Shown here: piece by piece, positions 47,005 through 55,814 of the stretch | Numbering within the stretch: position 1 is the first letter of the stretch | How the letters are laid out: every line of letters starts with the position of its first letter | Source: Candidatus Acidiferrales bacterium | Lineage (GTDB): Bacteria > Acidobacteriota > Terriglobia > Acidiferrales > UBA7541 | NCBI GenBank assembly: GCA_963839315.1 | Contig: CAWIUU010000024.1 | Span: 129,631 to 193,630, forward strand | Length of the DNA: 64,000 bases | Direction of reading: 5' to 3' | Program-made: the position numbers and the translations under genes | The notes under the pieces: generated by a model | What the model was told of the DNA's origin: nothing | Databases searched by the model: none | What the model saw: only the letters and a program-made list of their open reading frames with translations

Positions 47005-48047
47005 AGTTCCTCCTGATCCATCTGCAGGCTTCCAACAACGCACAAAGCCCGGTTCGTGTGGTTGAGCAGGCCACCGGCCGAGGAGTCGGATGGATCAATC
47101 GTTACTTGGACCGCGAATATGTTCGTCGCGTGGCGAACACCTCCCTGCGCACCTATGCTCACAACCTGTTGCACTTTATTCGCTGGTGGGAGAGTGTTCA
47201 TCCCACCGGCGACGTTAGGGAAGGTGACCTGACCGAATCAACGCTCCTGGATTATGTGAAGTTTCAGTCCAGCCAACAACCGCGGCCTTCCCCTTCCACC
47301 ATCAATGACCGCGTTGCCGTTGCCGATCGCGCCATTCGCAACGAGTTCCCCAATGCTCCTTGCCAAATCGCCCGCGGTTTTCATCAAGCTTTTTTGCGGC
47401 GAAGACCAATGGGCCTCGGCCGACCGCGGGCGGACATGAGCCGACTGCGCGTGAAGGTGCCCAAACGCAACATCGTGCCGCTCTCGGTGGATGAAGTGGC
47501 GCGCTTCTGGTCGAGTTTCCGCTCTTCGCGCGACTTAGCCATCGTGGGCTTGATGCTTCTGCAAGGGCTCCGTTCCGCCGAAGTATTAGCTTTGAATCGC
47601 GACGACGCGTTGCTCTCTGAAGCACAGCTTCGCGTTCGTGGCAAAGGCAATAAATTTCGCTTCCTGCCGTTGGCGCCGGAAACCGTGCAACTGCTCGAAC
47701 ACTATCTGCGCCTAGAACGGCCCAATCCCTGTTCCGCAGCACTCTTCGTCTCACTCAAAGGACACGCGCGCGGAACCCGCATGACCGCTGCGGGATTACG
47801 ATCCTTATTCCGCTACCATCGCCAGGCTACCGGCATCCAGCTCGCCAATCCGCATCGATTTCGACACACCTTTGCTTCCGACATGATCCGCGCCGGTATG
47901 AGTCTGCCCGCGCTCATGCAGTTGATGGGTCACGCAGACATCCAAACCACGCTGCTCTATGTGCTGGTCACCCCGCAAGACGTCTACCTTGAGTACGCAC
48001 GTGCCGTAGCGCAGCATATTCGCCCTCTTCCGAAGGCCTCCTCATGA
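47001..48047 (+). CDS. tyrosine recombinase A
   Basis: GLRSAE (R), RGKGNK (K), HRFRH, MGHADIQTTLLY (H, Y); ATGA overlap with the primase. Confidence 0.93.
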   Translation: MKFLLIHLQASNNAQSPVRVVEQATGRGVGWINRYLDREYVRRVANTSLRTYAHNLLHFIRWWESVHPTGDVREGDLTESTLLDYVKFQSSQQPRPSPSTINDRVAVADRAIRNEFPNAPCQIARGFHQAFLRRRPMGLGRPRADMSRLRVKVPKRNIVPLSVDEVARFWSSFRSSRDLAIVGLMLLQGLRSAEVLALNRDDALLSEAQLRVRGKGNKFRFLPLAPETVQLLEHYLRLERPNPCSAALFVSLKGHARGTRMTAAGLRSLFRYHRQATGIQLANPHRFRHTFASDMIRAGMSLPALMQLMGHADIQTTLLYVLVTPQDVYLEYARAVAQHIRPLPKASS

Positions 48048-49183
48048 ACCGTGTGCGACACTCGCCGCTCCAACATCCTCTGGCTCCGGTCTTCGACCGC
48101 GCCATCGATGCCCTCGGCATGGCACTCAGTCCCGAGTCGACTCGTCTGTACCGCGGGACGGTCCGCAAGTTTCTGAACTATCTCGCGGCTGATCATCCTG
48201 AGGTGCAGCGTCTGGACCAGTTGCGCCGTGAACCCCACATCCTCGGCTGGATGTCCCGCCTGCACTCGCAAGTGCCGCCGCTCGTGACCGCATCCTATGT
48301 CCTCCGCCTCATTGGTCTGCGCGGCATCTGCAACGAACTGGCCTGGACCGAACAACTTCCTGAACTTGCTCATCTGATCCGCCGCGAGGATATTCCACGC
48401 CTCCCGCAGAGACTTCCACGTCCACTCACGGCAGAACAGGATGAACTCCTGCAGCAAGAATTCCGCTTGCGCAATGATCTGGGTGGCAACGTGTTCCTGC
48501 TGATTCGCCACACCGGTATGCGTATCGGTGAGTGTGCCGATCTGTCCTCTGACTGCCTTCGCTCCATCGGCCCAGGGCAATGGGCGATTCATGTGCCACT
48601 CGGCAAACTCAAAACAGAACGTATGGTCCCCGTGGATCCCTTTGTGTGCGAATTCGTCCATCGCCTCCGATTCTTTCGTTCACTTGATCCGCTGCCTGCC
48701 GATGGACGGCTCTTAGCCCGTCCGGGCGCCAAAAACACGCTCCTTCGTCACTTTCGTGATTACTTACATCAAGTCTGCCATTCGCTTGGCCTTTCCACCC
48801 GCATCGTCCCCCACCAATTTCGCCACACCTATGCCACGGAGATGCTTCGCGCCGGTATGAGCTTGACCGCCGTAATGAAATTACTCGGGCACACCTCTCC
48901 CGAGATGACCATGCAATATCTTGATGTCACGTTGAATGATCTCCAGCGAGCATTCGAGCTGGCTCGCTCAAAACCTCGGCATCTTGTTCCGCAACCCAAG
49001 GTGTCGTCTGCTCCACTTCGAGAAGGCCTCGATGGAGTGATCGATTCTTTGCTCGCTGCTCAACATGTACTAGAGATGTTCCGTCGCTCGCTGCCAAAAG
49101 ACACTACTCGCATTCGCCTCAATCGCCTCTCCAACCGACTCACCAAAATCCTCATCGAAGCACGCAACCTCGCAACGCCCTGA
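48044..49183 (+). CDS. tyrosine recombinase B
   Basis: TGMRIGE, GKLK, HQFRHT, LLGHTSPEMTMQY; extra C-terminal helical extension; ATGA overlap. Confidence 0.93.
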   Translation: MNRVRHSPLQHPLAPVFDRAIDALGMALSPESTRLYRGTVRKFLNYLAADHPEVQRLDQLRREPHILGWMSRLHSQVPPLVTASYVLRLIGLRGICNELAWTEQLPELAHLIRREDIPRLPQRLPRPLTAEQDELLQQEFRLRNDLGGNVFLLIRHTGMRIGECADLSSDCLRSIGPGQWAIHVPLGKLKTERMVPVDPFVCEFVHRLRFFRSLDPLPADGRLLARPGAKNTLLRHFRDYLHQVCHSLGLSTRIVPHQFRHTYATEMLRAGMSLTAVMKLLGHTSPEMTMQYLDVTLNDLQRAFELARSKPRHLVPQPKVSSAPLREGLDGVIDSLLAAQHVLEMFRRSLPKDTTRIRLNRLSNRLTKILIEARNLATP

Positions 49184-49208
49184 GAATGGGCAGAGATTGG
49201 CCGGTAAT

Positions 49209-49270
49209 GTCGGGTACGCGGAAAAGTCACCGGCCAGAAACGCGTTAGAGGAAGTTGGCCGGATTAGTAA
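49209..49270 (+). repeat. copy B of the dispersed repeat
   Basis: GTCGGGTACGCGGAAA..TCACCGGCCA..GAGGAAGTTGGCCGGATTAGTAA; the last 23 bp are identical to 53794-53816. Confidence 0.8.
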
Positions 49271-49559
49271 TGGGAAGTCTTAGTGTTGTATCGGAAGCGC
49301 GAGCGAGCAAGCTGCAGGCACGAGCACGGTGTGTTGGCGCGCTTTCGATACAACGACTTCTGGACCGCGTCGCCGGCGGCCGCAATATCGTGAGAACCGA
49401 AGTGAACTGCCAATATCCCGGATCGGCGTGAGCGTGTGTCTGTCAATCATCATGGAATTTCAGCAATTGACCGTTCTTGAGAATCAGAAACGAATCGTCT
49501 CCCCGTCCGCGGCTCACGCATCGTCAGTTCCGGGGAACTGTCGGCTACATAGCGAGCGC

Positions 49560-49714
49560 CCTTATCTGTAGCGCCTTCGTCCATCACGTGGATCACGCCT
49601 GGGCGTTTGCGATTCGCGTGGGCTTGGTAACTGGGATCGTCAAGGTGTCGGGGTGACAGGTCAATCCCTACATCGAATACTATGCTGACAATCTTCCGGA
49701 GAGACGCCTCGGCG
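49560..49714 (+). pseudogene. membrane protein fragment
   Basis: Reads LICSAFVHHVDHAWAFAIRVGLVTGIV then ..NPYIEYYADNLPERRLG with a break; no start or stop context. Confidence 0.35.
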
Positions 49715-49717
49715 CGA

Positions 49718-50326
49718 CTAGTTTGCGACCGGCAGGGCTACGGGTTGCTCGAGACGAAATTCCAGTAAAGACTCGCTCGGAATCTGGAGTTGCTGTCCTT
49801 TCTTGGAGGCAGCAACAGCGGTTCCGGTGGCGGCGCCGGCAGCAGCGCCGATTCCGGCACCTTTTCCACCTCCAGCAATGCCACCGATCAGCGCGCCCAA
49901 GCCCGCGCCGCCGACCACTTTCTTTGCGGTCTTGCCACCTTCGCCCTTGCCTTTCACCTCATAGGTGCTGGTCAGAAGAGGATAGGCAGTGCCGTTGATG
50001 ACGATGTCGGTCAGCTCGAGTGTGAGCTCGGAACTACCCGACATTCGGCCGGCAGAGGAGGCTTGCGCGAGGCGTCCGTAAACGGTGGTGCCGCGTGGGG
50101 CGATCACCTTGTCTTCGGCTTGGAGATTAGTTTCGAGGGTGGCGGTAAAACGAAAGCCCGTTTTTTGTTTGGAGGAGTCTATCGCGTCGACAGTACGGAT
50201 CAAGATGCGCGTTCCTGCGGGAACGGTGATGCGCTTTTTACTTTGCGCTGCCGCACTCAGTAAATTTGAATAGGAAGCCAGGACTGCAAGGGATAACGTC
50301 ACCGTCCAAAGAAGCGTCTTTCGCAT
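49718..50326 (-). CDS. exported hypothetical protein with glycine zipper
   Basis: Signal peptide, VPAGT, GGAGLGALIGGIAGGGKGAGIGAAAG, LLEFRL; AGGAGG RBS. Confidence 0.8.
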   Translation of the reverse strand: MRKTLLWTVTLSLAVLASYSNLLSAAAQSKKRITVPAGTRILIRTVDAIDSSKQKTGFRFTATLETNLQAEDKVIAPRGTTVYGRLAQASSAGRMSGSSELTLELTDIVINGTAYPLLTSTYEVKGKGEGGKTAKKVVGGAGLGALIGGIAGGGKGAGIGAAAGAATGTAVAASKKGQQLQIPSESLLEFRLEQPVALPVAN

Positions 50327-50349
50327 GTGCGTGTCCTCCTGCCCGAGAC

Positions 50350-50898
50350 TCAGGAACCCTGCCCGGCGATGGGCAGCGATGAATCGATTTGCAGATCGAT
50401 GATCAAGAGCAATTGGTGTTCGATTTGGGCGAAGCGTGCCGCGGTCACTCCGCCGAGAGCCTGCTTAACCCTTCCATAAGTGGCCGCCAACAGCTCCGAG
50501 CGTTCTCTCTGGAATGCCACGGATTTCTCCATGAGACGGTCCGCTTCTTCGTCGGTCAGATCGTTGTAATTGTGGGCGTATTCCTTGATGACTTCGAGTC
50601 GCTGGTCGTTCAGCTTGGCGAGAGCCACATCGTAGTCGCTGTAAATGGGCCAGAATTTGGCAGCGTCGGCAGCGCTAAGCAGCATCATCACGCCCATGAT
50701 TTCAGCCTTTTGCTGGCGCACGTCCCTGCGCAGGAGGTCGATGTACGACTGCACGTTTTTCTTTTGGATGTCGGCTTCGGAAGGGGCTGCGCCTGTGCTG
50801 CTTGTCTTTTGAGCCTTTGTTTGCGCATGGCCGGAGGGCGGCGAGGCTAAAATCAGGACGAAGAGAGTCGCCGGTAACATGCGGATCGCGAGTTTCAT
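50350..50898 (-). CDS. exported helical hypothetical protein
   Basis: Signal peptide (AHA/GHA-type cleavage), KFWPIYSDY, ARFAQIE; AAGGA RBS. Confidence 0.75.
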   Translation of the reverse strand: MKLAIRMLPATLFVLILASPPSGHAQTKAQKTSSTGAAPSEADIQKKNVQSYIDLLRRDVRQQKAEIMGVMMLLSAADAAKFWPIYSDYDVALAKLNDQRLEVIKEYAHNYNDLTDEEADRLMEKSVAFQRERSELLAATYGRVKQALGGVTAARFAQIEHQLLLIIDLQIDSSLPIAGQGS

Positions 50899-51057
50899 AT
50901 CGATTATCCTTTCGCTTAATTTCTCAACGAAGAACTTGCGCAGGCCGAGCAAAATGGCTTAATGATGGCCGGATGATAGGTTGCTCGAAAAAAGAAGTCA
51001 AGGAACACGAAATGACATATTATGAGGCGCCTTGTTGGGCGAGGAGGTAACCACCAG

Positions 51058-51246
51058 ATGCCCGAGAACGCGCAAGTGCGCACGGATTCTGACGGGACAC
51101 AATTTCTTCAGATGGCTCTTTCAGAATCTGTGGAGCAGTCCGGTGGGAATTTCAATAAAGCCATCGGTGATCTTGCCAACGCTGGCAAATTGAACGTACG
51201 GACCGGAGTTTATGACCTCGCTGCCGACAAAATCACTTTAAGCTGA
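51058..51246 (+). pseudogene. beta-carbonic anhydrase C-terminal remnant
   Basis: ..DLANAGKLNVRTGVYDLAADKITL resembles the beta-CA C-terminus (compare KGSIQIAGAMYSVANG of the downstream gene); no catalytic motifs. Confidence 0.45.
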
Positions 51247-51405
51247 GGACCCGGGTACCGATTCAGCATGGAACCGAACAACTTGGTGCGTGTTCCGCTC
51301 CCTAACGCAGGTTCTGTCCACTCGAGATTAAACGCGAGGTGCTAATCGGTGAGTTATCGTCTTTACGGCAGGCCGCTTTTCCCTTCGTTGCGGCCGTTGG
51401 CGGAA

Positions 51406-51458
51406 TCCTCGTGTGTCCTCGTGTCCTCGTGTCAACGTGTCAACGTGTCAACGTTGAC
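51406..51458. repeat. 8-bp tandem repeat (TCCTCGTG x3 then TCAACGTG x~3) ending in a palindrome
   Basis: Read directly; GTCAACGTTGAC palindrome at 51447-51458. Confidence 0.9.
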
Positions 51459-51482
51459 TTGGCTTCTGACGCGCCCTAAGAT
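51454..51482 (+). promoter_or_regulatory. sigma70-like promoter of the carbonic anhydrase gene
   Basis: TTGACT (51454-51459), 17 bp, TAAGAT (51477-51482). Confidence 0.6.
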
Positions 51483-51562
51483 GGGCCGGAAAATGGCAGA
51501 CTCAGCCTCACTGCCGCGGATCACATTGCGAGACGCGTATTTCAAAGACTTGGAGGAAGGTT

Positions 51563-52312
51563 ATGAACAGGACATCACGCGAGTTGGTGGATAACCTAGC
51601 TGTGGACCGCCGCAGATTTCTAGGCGCGGCTCTCGGTGCCTGCGCCATCAGTCCACTTGGCTCCTGGTCTATGCAACTTGCGGCGAGCATGAGTGAGTCG
51701 CTGACAAAAGAGCAACGTGACAGCATGACGCCGTCGCAGGTCATTGACGAATTGAAGAAGGGGAATGAGCGATTTCGCACGGGCAAGATGGCTCCTCGGG
51801 ATTATTTAGCTGAAAAACGCTCAAGTGCTGCCGGCCAGTATCCCGCGGCGATAATCCTTGGATGCGTCGACTCGCGGGTGCCTGCGGAAATCATTTTCGA
51901 CGCTGGGATCGGCGACACGTTCAGTGGGCGCGTGGCCGGCAATGTGATCAACGATGACCAGCTTGGGAGCATGGAGTTTGCATGTGCTGTCTCAGGATCT
52001 AAGCTAGTCTTGGTCCTGGGACATACGGCCTGCGGCGCAATTAAGGGCGCAATCGATGACGTGGTATTAGGCAATCTCACGGGATTGTTGGCGAGGATCA
52101 AACCGGCCATTTCGGAAACCAAGTTTGAAGGTGAGAAGTCCAGCAAGAACCCGGTTTATGTCGACGCTGTCGCCCGAACCAATGTCAAATTGGCAATCGA
52201 AAACATTCGGCGGCGAAGCCCGGTATTGGCGGATCTGGAGAAGAAAGGATCGATCCAGATCGCCGGTGCGATGTACAGCGTCGCGAATGGCGTGGTGGAC
52301 TTCGTCAGTTAG
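51563..52312 (+). CDS. beta-class carbonic anhydrase with Tat signal
   Basis: DRRRFLG twin-arginine motif; GNERF, CVDSRV, RVAGN, GHTACGA zinc ligands. Confidence 0.93.
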   Translation: MNRTSRELVDNLAVDRRRFLGAALGACAISPLGSWSMQLAASMSESLTKEQRDSMTPSQVIDELKKGNERFRTGKMAPRDYLAEKRSSAAGQYPAAIILGCVDSRVPAEIIFDAGIGDTFSGRVAGNVINDDQLGSMEFACAVSGSKLVLVLGHTACGAIKGAIDDVVLGNLTGLLARIKPAISETKFEGEKSSKNPVYVDAVARTNVKLAIENIRRRSPVLADLEKKGSIQIAGAMYSVANGVVDFVS

Positions 52313-52437
52313 CGGGTATAGCCGCTCGAAACGAACCACAGATTGGGTTTCCCTGGAAGTTAACCGGACATAATCCACAGGCAGTATTTTCGGGGGCAAT
52401 TGAGGTTGCGCGCGCGGACTCTTGGTACACGGCGTGA

Positions 52438-53682
52438 TCATTGAATGGGTGCGGGCTCGTCTGGCAACCGGCCCACTATCGAGAAGCCGATCGCAAAAAC
52501 GAGGACGCTGAGGACGATCACTGCGAATATGAGTGGGGCCAGATTCTCCGCCCCCGAAACCCCATATTGCATCGGAAGCGTCGCCAGCACGCCGGCGGCA
52601 AGACCGCGAGGTATGGCGGCACAGAGGAACCAGAACTCCTTCTTCCCCAGTCCCATGCTCCTGGTCGAGAGCAGCACAGCGGGAATCCGCATCGCCATGA
52701 GGAACAGCAGACCGGCAGCCGCCAGGGCAATCTTCTTCAGGTCCGTCGGGAACATCAGGCCAATCAGAAAAAAGAAGAACGACTTGATAAGGAACGTCAT
52801 CTGGTCCTGCATGACCCTTATTGTCTCTGTTGCAGTGAACTCCAGTCCATGGGCGCCCGGAAACAGGCGTGGCACGATAGACGAAGCGTTGCCGATCAAA
52901 AGCGACGCCACCAGCACCGCCAGCGCACCATTTCCCTTAAACAAATCGGTGATGCCATACAACGCAAGCATTGACGCAAGAAATAGGGTATAGCCGTGAG
53001 GCCTGTCCCGCATCGAAGGTATTCCGGGGACAAGCAATGCAGCGGCAATCACACCTAGAGTCACCCCAACACCGAGTTCTCTAGCGAGGGCGAGGAACGG
53101 ACGAGAAATGTCCGCACTGCCGCTCACGAGCAGATCGATCAGTACCATCGTTACAACGACACTGAGCGCGTCAGTTGCGGAGGACTCGACCTCCAGCATG
53201 CGCGCTACTCTGGGAGGCACTCGAGCCATGGCCATCGTTGGCATAATGATAACCGAACTGGTGCCGGCGACTATGGCGCCCACCATCAGCCATGCCAACG
53301 GCGGCGCGGTGCGCACATAACCCAGTTCTGTTGACAGCCAAAGGAACCCGCAGATCGCGATCAAAGAAAAAACGAATCCCGACAAACCAAGAAAAATACC
53401 GCGCGGAGCGGCCGCAGCCACCTCTTTGAGTTGGAGACGAAACGCCCCGCTTGACAGAATGACTGTCAGGGCGATGGCTCCGAAGAACGGGATGCCCGGC
53501 TTAAGAAGGTCTGCCGGGATAAGACCCGATACGGGGCCGGCGAGAATGCCAGCGGCCACTAGCCAGACCACGTCCGGTACGCGCGTTCGCGCGAAGATGA
53601 ACTCGCCAAGCGACCCCAACAGCAGGATACCGGCAATCTCAACCACCAATTTGACGACAGGATCCATTTTTGACCTTTTCAT
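52438..53682 (-). CDS. cation:proton antiporter (CPA1/NhaP-like)
   Basis: About 12 TM segments, ESSATD, FFFLIGL, PRGLAAGVLA. Confidence 0.88.
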   Translation of the reverse strand: MKRSKMDPVVKLVVEIAGILLLGSLGEFIFARTRVPDVVWLVAAGILAGPVSGLIPADLLKPGIPFFGAIALTVILSSGAFRLQLKEVAAAAPRGIFLGLSGFVFSLIAICGFLWLSTELGYVRTAPPLAWLMVGAIVAGTSSVIIMPTMAMARVPPRVARMLEVESSATDALSVVVTMVLIDLLVSGSADISRPFLALARELGVGVTLGVIAAALLVPGIPSMRDRPHGYTLFLASMLALYGITDLFKGNGALAVLVASLLIGNASSIVPRLFPGAHGLEFTATETIRVMQDQMTFLIKSFFFFLIGLMFPTDLKKIALAAAGLLFLMAMRIPAVLLSTRSMGLGKKEFWFLCAAIPRGLAAGVLATLPMQYGVSGAENLAPLIFAVIVLSVLVFAIGFSIVGRLPDEPAPIQ

Positions 53683-53744
53683 TCGGCAGGTGCGTGCCGC
53701 CCCTGGTAGGCGAGTTTATAACATGATCTCTGACGAAAGTCCTG

Positions 53745-53817
53745 GTCGCGTACTCGGAAATCAAGTGCCCTTCACGAGCCACCAACGGGGTTCGAGGAAG
53801 TTGGCCGGATTAGTAAC
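53745..53817 (+). repeat. copy C of the dispersed repeat
   Basis: GTCGCGTACTCGGAAA..TCACGAGCCA..GAGGAAGTTGGCCGGATTAGTAAC. Confidence 0.8.
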
Positions 53818-53869
53818 GTTCAAGTCGGCTTCTCGCCAGCGATTGGTCGCTCATTGATGGCGCGTTTGT

Positions 53870-53897
53870 CGTTACTAATCCGACCGGCGAGCTGACT
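53870..53897 (-). repeat. inverted partial copy D of the repeat, interrupted by the intron
   Basis: CGTTACTAATCCGACC (53870-53885) is a 15/16 inverted match to 53803-53818. Confidence 0.7.
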
Positions 53898-55814
53898 GTC
53901 GCGGTAGGGACGACCATCGCTGATCGCCCCCCGCTCAGATCCGTACGAGCGCGTCTACGCATACGGCTCTTACGAAGGATGAGTGGCGTAGAAGCGTGCA
54001 TCAGGATAGGGGTGCAGAACGCGGGGTGGAGGAATCCACCGGTTCAAGACTGGGGTAAAACGTTCCCAGCGCATCTTTGCGCGTTGACTACGGCGGACCA
54101 GAACACTCTGCCATAGCCTGCACACGCGAAGTTTGAAGATACGCAACTGAGTCGTGTTCCCGGGAACAGCGTGGTATTGGTAATAGCCCAGCACAACCTT
54201 CCGGAGCCAAGCACCGACCTCGGCCATGCGATCATGCATCCGGCGTCGAAGCTCAACCTTGATGGCTTTGAGTTTCGCAACCATTCGCTTCTTCGCAGTG
54301 ATCCGCCATACGGTGAAGGTTCCGCTCTTGTGGCGTTGCCCACAGTAGTGGGTGAAGCCCAGGAAGGTGAAGGTCTCTGGTTTTCCCTCTCCCCGCTGCT
54401 TCCGGTCTCGAGCGGCGAACCGCCCGAACTCGATCAGTCGAGTCTTGTCCGGATGTAATTCCAAGCCGAACTTCGCCAGCCGTTCTCGAAACTCTTGCAG
54501 AAAACGGTCGGCCTCTGTTCGGTGCTGAAAGCCCACCACAAGATCGTCAGCATAACGGACGATTATTACGTCGCCCTTTGCCACTTTCTTGCGCCAGACA
54601 TCAGCCCAGAGATCGAAGAGATAATGAAGGTACACGTTGGCGATCAGCGGTGATGCCACTGCTCCCTGCGGCGTACCCAGTTTCATCTCCGACCATTGGC
54701 CGTCTTCCGATACTCCCGCCTTCAACCATTTCCGGATCAGGCGCAGTATCCGACGATCGGCCACCCGATGCTCGATGAACTTCATCATCCATTCGTGGCT
54801 CAAGTTATCGAAGAAGCCACGGATGTCGGCATCGAGCACCCAGTTCACCCGCTTCCGTTGGATGCCCACCGTCAGCGCGTCAAGCGCCTGGTGCGGGCTG
54901 CGTCCGGGACGGAACCCATAGGAAAAGCCCTTGAAGTCAACCTCATATATCTGGTTGAGGATAGTCACCACGGCTTGCTGGACGATCTTGTCTTCCAGCG
55001 CTGCGATGCCCAACGGACGTTGCCGCCCGTCAGCCTTCGGTATGAAGACTCGTCTTGAAGGTTTTGCCCGATACGCTCCACGATGCACCCGGCTGTGCAG
55101 ATCGACGAGTCGATCCTCCAGCCCGGATTCATACTCCTGCCACGTTACGCCGTCCACTCCGGGCGAAGCCTTACGTTGAAGCGCGTAGAAGCTGTCGCGA
55201 AGTAGATCAACGTTGAGATGGTGGAGCAAGGCGGTGAACCGCTCCTGCTTTCTTTCCTTTGCTGCTTTGCGCACACCGTCCAATCCCTGGGACATGCGCT
55301 TCCCACTCTGTGTCGGGTGCATGTGCGACTGAACGATGTTCTCCCTCGTCTGTGCCCTTCCCTCCCCAACCTCCGCGGAAGGTTGCCCTCCCTTGTTCGG
55401 CTGGTTCACAGGTATTACGGCACAGTCCGACTTCTCCAGCACGTGCATGTCCGCCGTGCGGCTTGTGGCCTTCGCGGACCGGCCTTGATCGTCAGACCAA
55501 GGCGTGCTGGAGATCTCCCGGTTCTCGTGCATGTTGTTTCTCAGCGTGCGCGGGTTCTTAGACTACGCAGGACCGACAGTCCACTCGCGATTGGCGTGGC
55601 TGCCGTGTTGCCTTCCTCCTACTCGGAATGAAGTCGGCATCCTGATCTACGGGCTTTTCGCAGCTCAATCGCCCGGCCCACCGATGCCTCTGTCTACGCT
55701 TCAAGCGTCGCCTCGCGATGACGCCAGCAAGACTCGAGGTCAGGATGGATTCGCTATTTCCTTTCCTGTAGGGCTCTTGCATCCCCTACAACATACCGGT
55801 TTATCCCGGCGCTC
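53898..55814 (-). mobile_element. group II intron
   Basis: Domain V GAGCCGTATGCGTAGACGCGCTCGTACGGATCT and domain VI ending CCCTACCGCGAC follow the RT stop. The 5' end GAGCGCCGGGATAA is inferred at 55814. Confidence 0.9.
53970..55532 (-). CDS. ltrA: group II intron reverse transcriptase/maturase (no endonuclease domain)
   Basis: PGVDG, IPKADGRQRPLGI, SYGFRPGRS, GTPQG, RYADD, FTFLGF, X domain. Exact start uncertain. Confidence 0.95.
   Translation of the reverse strand: MHENREISSTPWSDDQGRSAKATSRTADMHVLEKSDCAVIPVNQPNKGGQPSAEVGEGRAQTRENIVQSHMHPTQSGKRMSQGLDGVRKAAKERKQERFTALLHHLNVDLLRDSFYALQRKASPGVDGVTWQEYESGLEDRLVDLHSRVHRGAYRAKPSRRVFIPKADGRQRPLGIAALEDKIVQQAVVTILNQIYEVDFKGFSYGFRPGRSPHQALDALTVGIQRKRVNWVLDADIRGFFDNLSHEWMMKFIEHRVADRRILRLIRKWLKAGVSEDGQWSEMKLGTPQGAVASPLIANVYLHYLFDLWADVWRKKVAKGDVIIVRYADDLVVGFQHRTEADRFLQEFRERLAKFGLELHPDKTRLIEFGRFAARDRKQRGEGKPETFTFLGFTHYCGQRHKSGTFTVWRITAKKRMVAKLKAIKVELRRRMHDRMAEVGAWLRKVVLGYYQYHAVPGNTTQLRIFKLRVCRLWQSVLVRRSQRAKMRWERFTPVLNRWIPPPRVLHPYPDARFYATHPS

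Larger units (their letters stand above)
45247..49208 (+). mobile_element. ~3.96 kb element: Zn-finger ORF + DNA primase + two tyrosine recombinases
   Basis: Perfect 13-bp terminal inverted repeat ATTACCGGCCAAT (45247-45259) / ATTGGCCGGTAAT (49196-49208) encloses four co-oriented ORFs; the last ORF stops 13 bp before the right repeat. Confidence 0.8.

Noticed and set aside
41863-53817. CRISPR array
   Set aside because: Repeats are kilobases apart with no regular spacers and no cas genes; the 51406 repeat has no spacers.
45222-53885. Integron attC/cassette array interpretation of the repeats (TAAC..GTTAG motifs)
   Set aside because: No IntI-type integrase recognised, R''/R' boxes are not properly complementary, and modules hold several genes in both orientations.
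53970-55532. Retron, DGR or defence-associated RT
   Set aside because: It has the X/maturase domain and is followed directly by group II intron domains V and VI.
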